A stretch of 23,955 nt of DNA from Trueperaceae bacterium (GTDB taxonomy: Bacteria > Deinococcota > Deinococci > Deinococcales > Trueperaceae): the NCBI GenBank assembly GCA_035703635.1, contig DASSXV010000014.1, positions 1-23,955 of the forward strand, in the 5' to 3' direction. Under the pieces are notes generated by a model. The model had not been told where the DNA came from and did no database searches. It saw only the letters and a list, made by a program, of their open reading frames with translations. This document shows positions 1 through 8,726 of this stretch, in pieces; within the stretch, counting starts at the first letter, position 1, and each line of letters opens with the position of its first letter. Both the position numbers and the translations under genes were made by a program.

Positions 1-332
1 GCTAACGCCGCCGCTCCCCTCCCCCTGCGCGCCATCTGGTTACCTTCGATGGCGGTGATTATCGAGGCGGACTCGCCTGGGGTGTTGAGGAGGATCGAGG
101 TCGTCGAGCCGCCGTACATGCCGCCGTAGTAGATGCCTGCGAACATGATGAAGCTGGCGACGGGGTCGAGGTTGAAGGTTACGGGCAGCAGGAGCGCGAC
201 CGTCAGCGCGGGCCCGATGCCGGGCAGGATGCCAACCATGGTGCCAAGCGTTACGCCGGCCAGCGCCCACAGCAGGTTCTGCCAAGTGAGGGCGATAGAG
301 AAGCCATGAAGCAGGGCGGTCAGTGTGTCCAT
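1..332 (-). CDS. tctA: Tripartite tricarboxylate transporter large permease TctA, N-terminal part (runs off window start)
   Basis: Manual translation from ATG at 332: [50 protein letters not shown]...[41 protein letters not shown]. The G.LPG.G and YGG.YGGS...IL.N.PG motifs are TctA hallmarks. Lies downstream of tctB. Confidence 0.93.
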   Translation of the reverse strand, partial: MDTLTALLHGFSIALTWQNLLWALAGVTLGTMVGILPGIGPALTVALLLPVTFNLDPVASFIMFAGIYYGGMYGGSTTSILLNTPGESASIITAIEGNQMARRGRGAAAL

Positions 333-384
333 GTGGCTCCCGGCGAGTTGGCGCCGTAGGCGCCGGGGTAGTTAGTTGCTCGCC

Positions 385-888
385 TCACAGCGGCAGAATG
401 CCGGCGGGCAGCGTCAGGCCGAGGAGTTTCGTGAAGGCCAGGTAGACGACGAGCGACAACGCAAAGCCGATGAGTATCGTCCTCACTGGGCGCCTGTCGC
501 CGAAACCGATGGCGACTCCCCAGAACAACACGGTTGACGAGAGCACGAAGCCAGCTTGCTTGATCAGGAGCAAGTCGAGCACGAGCGCGGCACCGATGAT
601 GGCGAGGACCCTCCAGTCGGTGTCGGCCTCTGCGTCGGCGTCCTCCGTGTCTTCCGGTAGGCCGCGTTGGCCGCGCAGCGCCATGAACGCGAGCACCGCT
701 CCACAAGCAAGCAGTGCGAGGGCGACACTGAACGGAAAGAAGCGCGGACCTACGCGCGCGTAACTTGGCAGCACCTTGATGATGGTGGCGCCGCGCAGGA
801 AGAACGCGCCAAGGCCAAGGACTCCGAGGGCGACCAGCAGGTCGCCCCCGGAGATGCGGCTAGACTTCGAGGCGTTGTCGTCTGGCAC
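385..888 (-). CDS. tctB: Tripartite tricarboxylate transporter small membrane subunit TctB
   Basis: Within ORF 385..1023; likely start is GTG at 888, just after the tctC stop. Several TM segments, VGPRFFP motif, C-terminal 'YLAFTKLLGLTLPAG'. Lies between tctC and tctA. Confidence 0.88.
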   Translation of the reverse strand: MPDDNASKSSRISGGDLLVALGVLGLGAFFLRGATIIKVLPSYARVGPRFFPFSVALALLACGAVLAFMALRGQRGLPEDTEDADAEADTDWRVLAIIGAALVLDLLLIKQAGFVLSSTVLFWGVAIGFGDRRPVRTILIGFALSLVVYLAFTKLLGLTLPAGILPL

Positions 889-893
889 TATGG

Positions 894-1853
894 TCAGTCG
901 ACGAGGCCGATGTCTCTGAGGATCTCGGTTACGCGTGCGTCCTCGTTCACGAGGTACTCGGCGAACTCGTCGCCACTCATGTACGCGCTCGTCCACCCGA
1001 ACTGCTCGAGCTTCGCTGCCCACGCGTCACTGGCCACCATGGCGTCCATGGTGCTCACAAGTGCGTTCCTTGCCTCGTCGCTGATGCCTGGGGGAGCCAC
1101 GACGCCACGCCAGTTGGCGAGGTCAAGGTCTACGCCTGCCTCGCGCATGGTTGGAGCGTCGATGCCCGCCTGCCGTTCGGGCGACGAAACGGCGAGAACC
1201 CGTAGGTCACCAGACTCGATCTGGCCAGCCCACTCCGAGTAGCCTGACACGCCTGCGGTGACTTGACCGCCGAGGATGGAGGCGAGCGCCTCGCCGCCGC
1301 CGGAGAAGGCGATGTAATTGATGGCCTTCGGATCGACGCCGACTGCCTTGGCGATCAGACCGACCAGGATGTGGTCGGTGCCTCCCGCCGAGCCGCCGCC
1401 CCACGAGACCGCGCCGGGATTGGCTTTGAGCGCGTCGACCAGGTCAGACAACGTCTGTAGTGGCGAGTTGGCTGGCACCACGATGACCTCGTACTCAGCC
1501 GTAAGGCGGGCGATCGGCGTGGTTTGCGCGAGCGTGACTGGGGCGTCGTTGCTGAGGATGGCGCCCACCATCACGAGGCCCATCATCATCAGGATGTCGT
1601 CCTTGCCCTTCTCGGCCGTCGCCAACTGCGCAAGGCCGATGGTGCCCCCTGCACCGGGCACATTGAAGACCTCCACGGAACCGATGATGCCGGCTTCCTG
1701 CAGTGCCGCCTGCATTGCGCGTGAAGTGCCGTCCCACCCGCCGCCAGGAGAGGCTGGCGCCATGATTCTCAGACTGGTTGGCGGCGCCGCTAGCGCTGCA
1801 CCTATCACGATAGCTACGAGTAGGACTACTGCCGAACGAACCATTGCTCGCAT
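894..1853 (-). CDS. tctC: Tripartite tricarboxylate transporter substrate-binding protein TctC (Bug family)
   Basis: Signal peptide; [19 protein letters not shown] and [10 protein letters not shown] motifs; [22 protein letters not shown] upstream. Confidence 0.93.
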   Translation of the reverse strand: MRAMVRSAVVLLVAIVIGAALAAPPTSLRIMAPASPGGGWDGTSRAMQAALQEAGIIGSVEVFNVPGAGGTIGLAQLATAEKGKDDILMMMGLVMVGAILSNDAPVTLAQTTPIARLTAEYEVIVVPANSPLQTLSDLVDALKANPGAVSWGGGSAGGTDHILVGLIAKAVGVDPKAINYIAFSGGGEALASILGGQVTAGVSGYSEWAGQIESGDLRVLAVSSPERQAGIDAPTMREAGVDLDLANWRGVVAPPGISDEARNALVSTMDAMVASDAWAAKLEQFGWTSAYMSGDEFAEYLVNEDARVTEILRDIGLVD

Positions 1854-2024
1854 GCCTCACCTCTTCTTTCAGACTTTGGCAGACTATAAACCTTGCGGCG
1901 GGCGCCGGGGCGGGTTCCCGTACTGACGGCGCCGCACCGCGCAGCTCCATCAAGCGCGGCTGGTCATGGACCGATAGAGCGTTGGCTCAGCCAAGCGGCT
2001 AGGTCACATGGCCTATGCTGAACC

Positions 2025-2399
2025 ATGTCGACCAATCCAGATCCGGCCACCAGTGCCATTCGCGACTGGGCGATGATCGCGCATCTCTCGGCCCTGGTCG
2101 GGCTGCTTGGGAACGGCGTCGGTTTCGTGCTTGGTCCACTCATCGTATGGCTCTGGAAGCGCGACGACGACGAGTTCATCAAGGAGCAGGCGCTCGAAGC
2201 CCTTAACTTTCAGATCACCATGGTCCTGGCGGCGATCGCCTCGATACTGCTCATGTTGACGGTAGTTGGCATCGTGATCGGCGCCCTCGTCCTGATTGTC
2301 GTGGGCGTCCTAATGGTGGTCATGCCCATAGTCGCGGCCGTTCAAGCCAAGAGGGGCATGCACTACCGCTACCCGCTGTCGCTCAGGCTAGTGAAGTAA
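2025..2399 (+). CDS. DUF4870 / Tic20-like small membrane protein
   Basis: WAMIAHLS...GPLIVW..K.D..FI..QA.EALNFQIT...G.HYRYPLSLRL pattern; about 3 TM helices. Confidence 0.85.
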   Translation: MSTNPDPATSAIRDWAMIAHLSALVGLLGNGVGFVLGPLIVWLWKRDDDEFIKEQALEALNFQITMVLAAIASILLMLTVVGIVIGALVLIVVGVLMVVMPIVAAVQAKRGMHYRYPLSLRLVK

Positions 2400-2452
2400 G
2401 AGCAGAACGACCTTGTGGGGATTGCGGAGCGTTGCCATCCAGGACGCCCGCA

Positions 2453-2515
2453 CATGAGCTTCACGGCCACCTGGTCGTAGGGGAAGTGCCCGCGGTTCTC
2501 GATGACCTTCTTGAG
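2453..2515 (-). pseudogene. IS256-family transposase remnant (short C-terminal fragment)
   Basis: Minus strand reads LKKVIENRGHFPYDQVAVKLM, resembling the IS256 LRKxxKxRGHFPxDxAxxKL motif. No surrounding ORF. Confidence 0.65.
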
Positions 2516-2570
2516 CAAGAAGCCGCAATTGGCGTCTTCAAGCCTACTCGCAAGACAAGTGACGACGTCA

Positions 2571-2643
2571 CGCTATCAACTCAACTTCCGCCCGTTATCG
2601 GTCTGCTCTCAACTCAAGTTCCTTGCTATCACTATCATGTTCC
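2571..2643 (+). repeat. Three tandem 19-20 bp direct repeats; candidate TnsB-binding sites (transposon end)
   Basis: CGCTATCAACTCAACTTCC (2571-2589), TGCTCTCAACTCAAGTTCC (2604-2622), TGCTATCACTATCATGTTCC (2624-2643). Confidence 0.7.
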
Positions 2644-2804
2644 GCTCTACGACCCTTCTCACCGAGGCACCTGGGGATGGTTTAAGAACAAGTGCCGCTT
2701 CTGGTAACTACTGAGGTCTCATGCTAGCCTGACTTATTCCACAAATGGAGGCGCACCGATGACCTGCTTGAGTACCTACAGGCAACAGCAACCAACTCGG
2801 ATCA

Positions 2805-3749
2805 GTGCCATTGGAAACCAACTTGATGATCTCAGTACGGTACGCCCGGCCCGAGGATTACCTTGACGCCCATGACAAGCAAGACGACTCCTCACTAAGG
2901 TTCAACGAACGCCTGCTCCAAAGTGATGAGGGCAGTGCAGAAATCGATCCCTCCTTCGGCAGGGTAATCGCCAGAACCGCTGACAAGATCGTCGGCACCT
3001 GCGCTATCAGGAGCAACTGGGACGGCGTCGTCCAGCCCGGCCGCTTTTGGGTGACCATCTCGCTAGTCCCACGGTGGCACGGACGCGGCCTTGATACGCG
3101 GATGCTCCAGTACGCGATCGCCGAACTCGGGGCCGAGATAGGCGAACTCGCCACCTGCATCCGGGAAGACCACCTGCAGCACGCCGACTTCCTAGAGGAG
3201 TTCGGCTTCGCGGAGCGCTTCAGGTCGTGGGGCGCCCACCTCGACTTGAGAGTGTTCGACCCCACCCGCTTCGATGCAGTCATCGAGCGCCTCCAGCAGT
3301 CAGGGCTCAGGCTCATCTCCTACGCGGAACTCCGGTCAGATGAGAACGACCGGAAGCTCCTTGACCTCAAGCGGGACCTGGACCGCGACGTTCTCTCATT
3401 CGACCCGATCGTGCCGAGCGGCGGCGGCGACATCCTAGGAGACGAGTACCTCCCCGCAGGCCTGATAGTCGCCGTGAACCAGCAGGACGACTTCGTGGGA
3501 ATGGCCTCCCTAAGACGCACCTCCTCTGCTGAGATCATCGATTCCGGCCTCACAGGCGTGCGGCGCGAGTACCGTGGCCGCGGAATCGCTACCGCCTTAA
3601 AGGTGCGCTCGCTTACCGTCGCCAAGGAGCTAGGCGCGACCGAGAACGGAACCGGCGGCGGCGGAACCAACGCCCCCATGAAACGTCTCAACCAGAAACT
3701 CGGTTACGAGGTTGGCCCGGAATGGGTAACCCTGATAGGCCCACGCTGA
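2805..3749 (+). CDS. GNAT-family N-acetyltransferase with two GNAT domains
   Basis: Two acetyl-CoA motif A copies (VPRWHGRGLD; TGVRREYRGRGIATALK) and C-terminal NAPMKRLNQKLGY. True start may be ATG near 2826. Confidence 0.85.
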   Translation: MPLETNLMISVRYARPEDYLDAHDKQDDSSLRFNERLLQSDEGSAEIDPSFGRVIARTADKIVGTCAIRSNWDGVVQPGRFWVTISLVPRWHGRGLDTRMLQYAIAELGAEIGELATCIREDHLQHADFLEEFGFAERFRSWGAHLDLRVFDPTRFDAVIERLQQSGLRLISYAELRSDENDRKLLDLKRDLDRDVLSFDPIVPSGGGDILGDEYLPAGLIVAVNQQDDFVGMASLRRTSSAEIIDSGLTGVRREYRGRGIATALKVRSLTVAKELGATENGTGGGGTNAPMKRLNQKLGYEVGPEWVTLIGPR

Positions 3750-3769
3750 CCCGTAAGGGTTAAACGCTT

Positions 3770-3803
3770 GTTTGTGGCCGCTTCATAACCAGCGGCCACA
3801 AAC
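3770..3803 (+). terminator. Stem-loop, probable terminator of the GNAT gene
   Basis: Perfect 13-bp inverted repeat GTTTGTGGCCGCT-N8-AGCGGCCACAAAC, 20 nt after the stop. U-tract is weak. Confidence 0.55.
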
Positions 3804-3920
3804 TTGATGCCAACATTTACGCCGAAGACACGCAGGGACCCGAAGGTCTGTATAGCCACTTCTATGGGCCCAATCCACAGGTCGACCTTTCCCCTAGAGC
3901 GAGGCATGCCGGAGAGGCAG

Positions 3921-4072
3921 TGCTCTCAAATCCACTTCCCCACTCGCTTTCAACCTGCTATCATGTTGATTCCACTTATCGAAGCCAGCGTGGCAGCTAT
4001 ACATCGCGCCGCCATCGAGCAAGACATTTTCGGTCTCAATACTCTGCACCATCGATTCTCAATACCTGTGCA
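3921..4072 (+). repeat. Second, degenerate cluster of end-like repeats
   Basis: TGCTCTCAAATCCACTTCC (3921-3939; 16/19 to the 2604 copy), TGCTATCATGTTGATTCC (3956-3973), and TCTCAATAC twice (4034, 4057; 23-bp period). Confidence 0.5.
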
Positions 4073-4344
4073 GTCTTTACGACGGCTACCTGAAGCCCAA
4101 GCTTCTAATTGGCTGACTGTGCGGCCGATCCCTTGAAGAGCGGTCCTACGTTCGCTACACCGCCAGCAACGGTAAGAACGCACTCCGTGCCGCGTTCGTT
4201 TACAGCCATCTATGGACCTACCGCTAAGGAGCAAGGCGCCACTCCCGCCTCGGCTACCTTTCACCCCTGGAGTTCGAAGGTAGGCAAACTAGCGTCAAGA
4301 GCCAGCAGGTTGATAAGCTCGTAGCTGTTCATCAAAGCGGCTGA

Positions 4345-4749
4345 ACTCCAGAGGACTCCTCGGTAAACTTCGCGTACCTGGTCGCACTCCGCATCGGTAG
4401 CATCGCGCCGCTCCTCGCCCTCACCGGCGGGCAGCCGGGCGCCATCACCCACTGGCTCCTGACGCACCGCGAGCCGCGCGTGCGCGCCGCACTCGCCCTT
4501 AGCCGCAACATCCCCGTGTGGGCCTACCAGGCGCTCTTCGATGACACCCACCTGCGCGTCCGCGCCACTGCCCAGAAGTCGCCGCCGGCCCAACCTCCGG
4601 CGGCACACGCAAATGGTGTGGGCAGCCACTGCGACCCTAGATGCCGGGGTGCCGGCGCCACCCACCGACCCGACAGCACGCGCCGGGCGGTCACCTACCT
4701 GTCCTGTTCCAGCGCCCCGTCAGGAGCACCGCATCGGACCGACTGGTGA
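4345..4749 (+). pseudogene. 5'-truncated fragment of a leucine-rich-variant/HEAT-like repeat protein
   Basis: Open frame after TGA at 4342 reads ...HWLLTHREPRVRAALALSRNIPVWAYQALFDDTHLRVRATA. This resembles the LRV pattern D..VR.A.A.N...P...L..L..D...VR. No good start codon upstream of the motif. Confidence 0.4.
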
Positions 4750-5573
4750 TCCAAGATCAAGCGCACTCCCCGGCCCCGCAACACGCGAACCGGGTGAGAC
4801 GACGTCCCCTCATCCAAGGACAGGGGGGCCGGCCTCTCGACGCAGTTGTAGCTCAGGTCGACGGTATGCCCCCTATCGAAGCTCGGGTTCGACGCCAAGG
4901 GCGTCAGATCGCGGATGCGGTTGAGCGACAGGCCGAGGTGCCCCGGGGGCCTCTCCCAGTCGGCGAGGGCCGTGATGTCCGTCAACCCCGCGTACTGGAG
5001 TACCACCGTATCGACCTCGAGCTCGAGGAGAGCCTCGAGGCGCGCGATGCTCACCCCCGTCAAGTACAGCTCCTCCAGAACCGGAAGACTCGCTAACGGT
5101 TCAAGGTCCAGCTCGCCCTCGCTCACGATGTTGACGTACCTGAGGTTCGGTAGGCCTCTCAGCGGCTCGAGGCTCTCGACCGCATGCGGCTCGCTCGTAC
5201 CCGGGATGGGTAACGGAATCATCCGAAGGGTCAAGGCCTCCAAGCTCGTGGCGTACTGCAAACCCTCCAGCGAGCGCACCTTCTGGTGCGGTGTCGCGGC
5301 CTCCAAGCGCGTGAGGCGGGCCAGCAGCTCGCAGGGGACGGTGGTGGTCTCATCCGGCCCCTTGAGGTCCCCGACCGCCTCAAAGCCGAACTCCCACCCA
5401 AGCGACTCGTGGATCGCCCTTCTCAGGCCAGCGTCGGGGACGTGTAGGAACGCCGAATCGGCACAGGCCCCTCCTAGCACCTGCGCGCTCGCGACGGAGA
5501 TCCAGAGCGCTGCCACGGCGGCTAAGGCACCCACCGACCACCCTCTCGAAAGATATCGCTCACACCCCAACAC
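4695..5573 (-). CDS. Secreted leucine-rich repeat protein (internalin-like LRRs)
   Basis: Signal-like N-terminus (..ALWISVASAQ), cap 'VPDAGLRRAI', repeats SLEGLQYATSLEALTL, SLEPLRGLPNLRYVNI, DLEPLASLPVLEELYL, LSLNRIRDLTPLA, DLSYN. Confidence 0.8.
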   Translation of the reverse strand: MLGCERYLSRGWSVGALAAVAALWISVASAQVLGGACADSAFLHVPDAGLRRAIHESLGWEFGFEAVGDLKGPDETTTVPCELLARLTRLEAATPHQKVRSLEGLQYATSLEALTLRMIPLPIPGTSEPHAVESLEPLRGLPNLRYVNIVSEGELDLEPLASLPVLEELYLTGVSIARLEALLELEVDTVVLQYAGLTDITALADWERPPGHLGLSLNRIRDLTPLASNPSFDRGHTVDLSYNCVERPAPLSLDEGTSSHPVRVLRGRGVRLILDHQSVRCGAPDGALEQDR

Positions 5574-5700
5574 CTGCCCGCCTCATACTCAGAATTCCAC
5601 ACGGTCGCAGTGACAGCTTTCACAACGTCTAGTCGTAGCCTTGCGGAGAATCGTACCAAATCACGCGAGCCACTTCGCGGAATGATACTAGGGGGTGCTA

Positions 5701-7497
5701 ATGAGGGGGATTGTTCCAGTCGCGCTCATCACTATCAGCCTTCTGTTCATCGCCTGCACGCGCCAAGACGCGTACGGATTGCCACAAGACGAGTGGCAGG
5801 CCGCGTACGACGCGCTCTCTCCGGAGGAACAGGAAGCGGTACGTGCAGGGCGGTTGGTGTTTACCACAGGCACCTTCCACCCTGCACCAGTCTTGCTGCC
5901 CTACCCCAGCAAGACAGTCCTTTCCCCTCAGTACGTGGAGTCGTTCGCCTGTCCGGAAGTGCCCCTGGACGAATCCGAGTGGACCAGCTCAACTGACCTA
6001 GGTACGTTCTTCGGGAGCGCGATCGCGAACAAGCCCGGCCAGCGGTTCAACGCTGTCCTGTTTCAGTTCATCCTTCCTGCCCCAGAGGACGTCGACTTCT
6101 ACCTACCCGACGATCACGAAGCACAAGGTGCGTACTTGATGGCGCCGATATGGTCCGCGGATCCTCACCACTATCCCGTAGACGCAGGGCTGACGTACCA
6201 GAGGGTGGGCGGCACCTTCGACTGGTTCCCCTTCTCATACGACGCCGTGAACGGCTGGCAAGCAGAAGGTCAATGGCGGCTCAGGAACAAATACAGCGGC
6301 ACGGACGAGCCGCTGACCGGCGCCTTGGTACTCCGGGTGGCAGACGACGGTCAGCTAGAGCTCGTCATAGAAGCGACCGGCGACACGGAGTGGCTGAACG
6401 TCGACACCAACGCCCGCGATACTCAGCGCACTATCCAAGTCCCCAACATCCTAGGCGTGCCAGGCGACGGTGACGACGCGACATTCACAATCCAGATCAA
6501 CTACGGCAGCCAAAAATTCCCACCTACAGCCAACAACCGCATACCGGACATCGTCATCTACGACATGAAGGTCGCCATGTGGAACCCGGTCAACGGTACC
6601 TACAACAACGCCACTCCCTGGGACTTCACAGACCCCAACCAATCGGAATTCCTGATCATTTGCCCGTCTGACGGCATCGAAGAGGCCTACGAGGTCGACG
6701 GCGGGTCACCAACTGCAGAAGACCCAGAGAACGGTTTCAACATCAGCATCGACACCGCGACCAGTAACGTGCACCAGCCATGCGTAAACGTACGCCCCAC
6801 AGGCGACTATCACGTCTTGAACTTCGCCTACCACATGCCCTCCATCGCCGGGTCGTCGCGCACGTTCTTCGACTTACGGAACTGCGGCAGGGCCCCACGG
6901 ACCATCGACTTCACGATAGACGACTCCTGGGCGTCTCTCAGCCCGCCTGCCGTGACGGTCAACGCTGGTCCCTCCGAAAGGGTCTCCATCGTCCGCGCTC
7001 ACAACCCCTCTGGTGTCGACACCTGGTTCAACTGCGGCCAGTTCGGCCAAGTCATGCAAACCACTACGGTTCGCGCGCTCAACAGCGACACGGAAATACA
7101 CAGCTTCCCGTTCACTATCGACTGCACCGTTCCAAATAGCCACCAGATGTCAAGCGTCTTGATCAGGTGGGCAGAGGGAGCCTGGAGGCCGCCTACCGGG
7201 ACGCAGGGCCGCTTCTACAACACCTACTACACCTCGTCCACGCAATCCTGGTGCGACCGCTCCATAACCCCAAACCTCCGTAAGGTACGCAACTACGCCA
7301 CCTGGACCACCACCGTCGAGTACGGGGTTTACGACATCACTTCCGCGACGTACCTGCCTGGTTACACTTCAACGTATACGGTAAACATCGATGATGAGGA
7401 TGAATGGACGGACGACGACTTTATCGATGAGACTCTCCAGACAGTCCTGTGGTGGAATGAGGCTGTCGTTTTGTGCTGGAACGACGAACTAGACTGA
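5701..7497 (+). CDS. Large predicted lipoprotein of unknown function, beta-rich, with a probable BACON/Ig-like domain
   Basis: 600-codon ORF; MRGIVPVALITISLLFIAC is lipobox-like. FDLRNCG...DDSWASLSPPAVTVNAG..ERVSI resembles BACON/Ig-like strands. Confidence 0.75.
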   Translation: MRGIVPVALITISLLFIACTRQDAYGLPQDEWQAAYDALSPEEQEAVRAGRLVFTTGTFHPAPVLLPYPSKTVLSPQYVESFACPEVPLDESEWTSSTDLGTFFGSAIANKPGQRFNAVLFQFILPAPEDVDFYLPDDHEAQGAYLMAPIWSADPHHYPVDAGLTYQRVGGTFDWFPFSYDAVNGWQAEGQWRLRNKYSGTDEPLTGALVLRVADDGQLELVIEATGDTEWLNVDTNARDTQRTIQVPNILGVPGDGDDATFTIQINYGSQKFPPTANNRIPDIVIYDMKVAMWNPVNGTYNNATPWDFTDPNQSEFLIICPSDGIEEAYEVDGGSPTAEDPENGFNISIDTATSNVHQPCVNVRPTGDYHVLNFAYHMPSIAGSSRTFFDLRNCGRAPRTIDFTIDDSWASLSPPAVTVNAGPSERVSIVRAHNPSGVDTWFNCGQFGQVMQTTTVRALNSDTEIHSFPFTIDCTVPNSHQMSSVLIRWAEGAWRPPTGTQGRFYNTYYTSSTQSWCDRSITPNLRKVRNYATWTTTVEYGVYDITSATYLPGYTSTYTVNIDDEDEWTDDDFIDETLQTVLWWNEAVVLCWNDELD

Positions 7498-7498
7498 G

Positions 7499-7520
7499 CC
7501 TCATTCCAACAGGAACGAGG
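7499..7520 (+). terminator. Hairpin right after the lipoprotein stop
   Basis: CCTCATTCC-AACA-GGAACGAGG, one mismatch, no U-tract. Confidence 0.3.
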
Positions 7521-7910
7521 GCGACCATTCGGTCTTGGGAGTGCATCCCCATAGCGGTACTGGTTGTCGCAGAAAGGGGGGGACGACGTACCATCCTGCG
7601 AAACGCGGCGGGCACGCCGCCGCAACGGGAACGCTCTCTAGGGTCCAGCAGCCATACCGGCTAGTGAAGGGTCCGGCCAGTGTCGCGTGATCGGCCTGGC
7701 CGGACTCGCTTGGAGCCGACACCAAGTCCACCTTCAGACACGCATCGCACCATTGACGAGGCCGTCCCCTCCGGCATCACCCAGCCAGCGTACAGTCGAG
7801 TTCCGGCGCTTACCTGAGGGTCGGTAGCATTGGTACCACGTTCCTGTCCTCGTCGAGGCCCGTCGAGAGCGATTCCATACGTTGCCCTGGGCAATAGGGC
7901 CAAAGGTGGC

Positions 7911-8210
7911 ATAAGCTCGCGTTCCAAGAAGGCACGCCGTCAGCTCCAACAGCAGCGGCGCCAACAACGGCAGCACCAGAAGCGCCTCGCGCAGCACGTC
8001 AAGCAGACCGCCAAGAACCGCACGAAGCCCGATCTCACCGAGGAGTAACGGCAATGGGCCAACGAGCGGCTCAGCGAGTTCGCGGTGCCGTGCGGAGGCC
8101 TGGGTCAGTACGAGAGGAGGGATCTCAAGCACCTCCTCAAGGAGCTCGCGCCACCCAAGCTCGCTGACAAGCTCACCGCGGCTCAAGACCAGCACCGCAG
8201 GCTGCTTTGA
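7911..8210 (+). pseudogene. Decayed small gene with a basic Q/R-rich N-terminus
   Basis: RBS-like AAAGGTGG then ATA (possibly a former ATG). Reads SSRSKKARRQLQQQRRQQ...PDLTEE*RQWANERLSEF...QHRRLL*, with one in-frame TAA at 8046-8048. Confidence 0.35.
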
Positions 8211-8218
8211 AGCGTTTT

Positions 8219-8407
8219 TCATAGCACTTCTCGGGGGAAGTCGAGCAGCGAGTAGAAGCCCTGGATGTCGGTGAGGGTCACGGCGTCCAGGGCCGCTTTC
8301 GTGGCCAGGCTCAGGGCGGTATGGGTGGTGGCCGCCGCCCGCTTCAGGTGCGTCGTGAGCTGCGCGAACATGCTTTCGATCGGGTTATTGCAGAAGTAGG
8401 CATGCAT
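8219..8407 (-). pseudogene. IS630-family transposase C-terminal remnant
   Basis: AYFCNNPIESMFAQLTTHLKRAAA.T..AL..A...ALDAVT..DIQGFY is a degraded form of the IS630 P.YSPD.NPIE..F..LK..LR motif and tail. Confidence 0.7.
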
Positions 8408-8623
8408 GCGGTGTAGACCGTGGAGTCAGCGTGCTGGCTCATCTCATTACTCAAGATCCAATGTTGTGGCTGCACGTTCCTACCTCCGCAGACGTTTCAT
8501 TACTGGCGGAAGAGGTTCCCGGACAAGCTGGACCGCAAGCCCGCCATTACTGGACCCAACTGTAGACATGACGCTAGAACTTAGAACAGACAAGCGATGA
8601 ATCACGAAGTTTCAGGCAAGCCC

Positions 8624-8667
8624 CGAAGATGATCTGAGAGCACAACCCGGAACTTGAAGTGAGGATT
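8624..8667 (-). repeat. Inverted copies of the 19-bp end motif; candidate TnsB-binding sites
   Basis: Reverse complements: TGCTCTCAGATCATCTTCG (8624-8642; 14/19 to the 2604 copy) and AATCCTCACTTCAAGTTCC (8649-8667; 13/19, perfect TCAAGTTCC). A weaker copy lies near 8577-8595. Confidence 0.55.
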
Positions 8668-8726
8668 TCCTACTCTCGAAGGCACCCGACCAATCAACGC
8701 CCGCGAAGGCAAGCGGTTCCAGGGCG

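Noticed and set aside
2432-2714. ORFs 2432..2707 and 2502..2714 as genes
   Set aside because: They overlap the IS256 scar and the repeat cluster, with no RBS or protein-like features.
3804-4324. Short ORFs in the gap after the GNAT gene
   Set aside because: No motifs, and they overlap repeat and terminator sequence; treated as non-coding.
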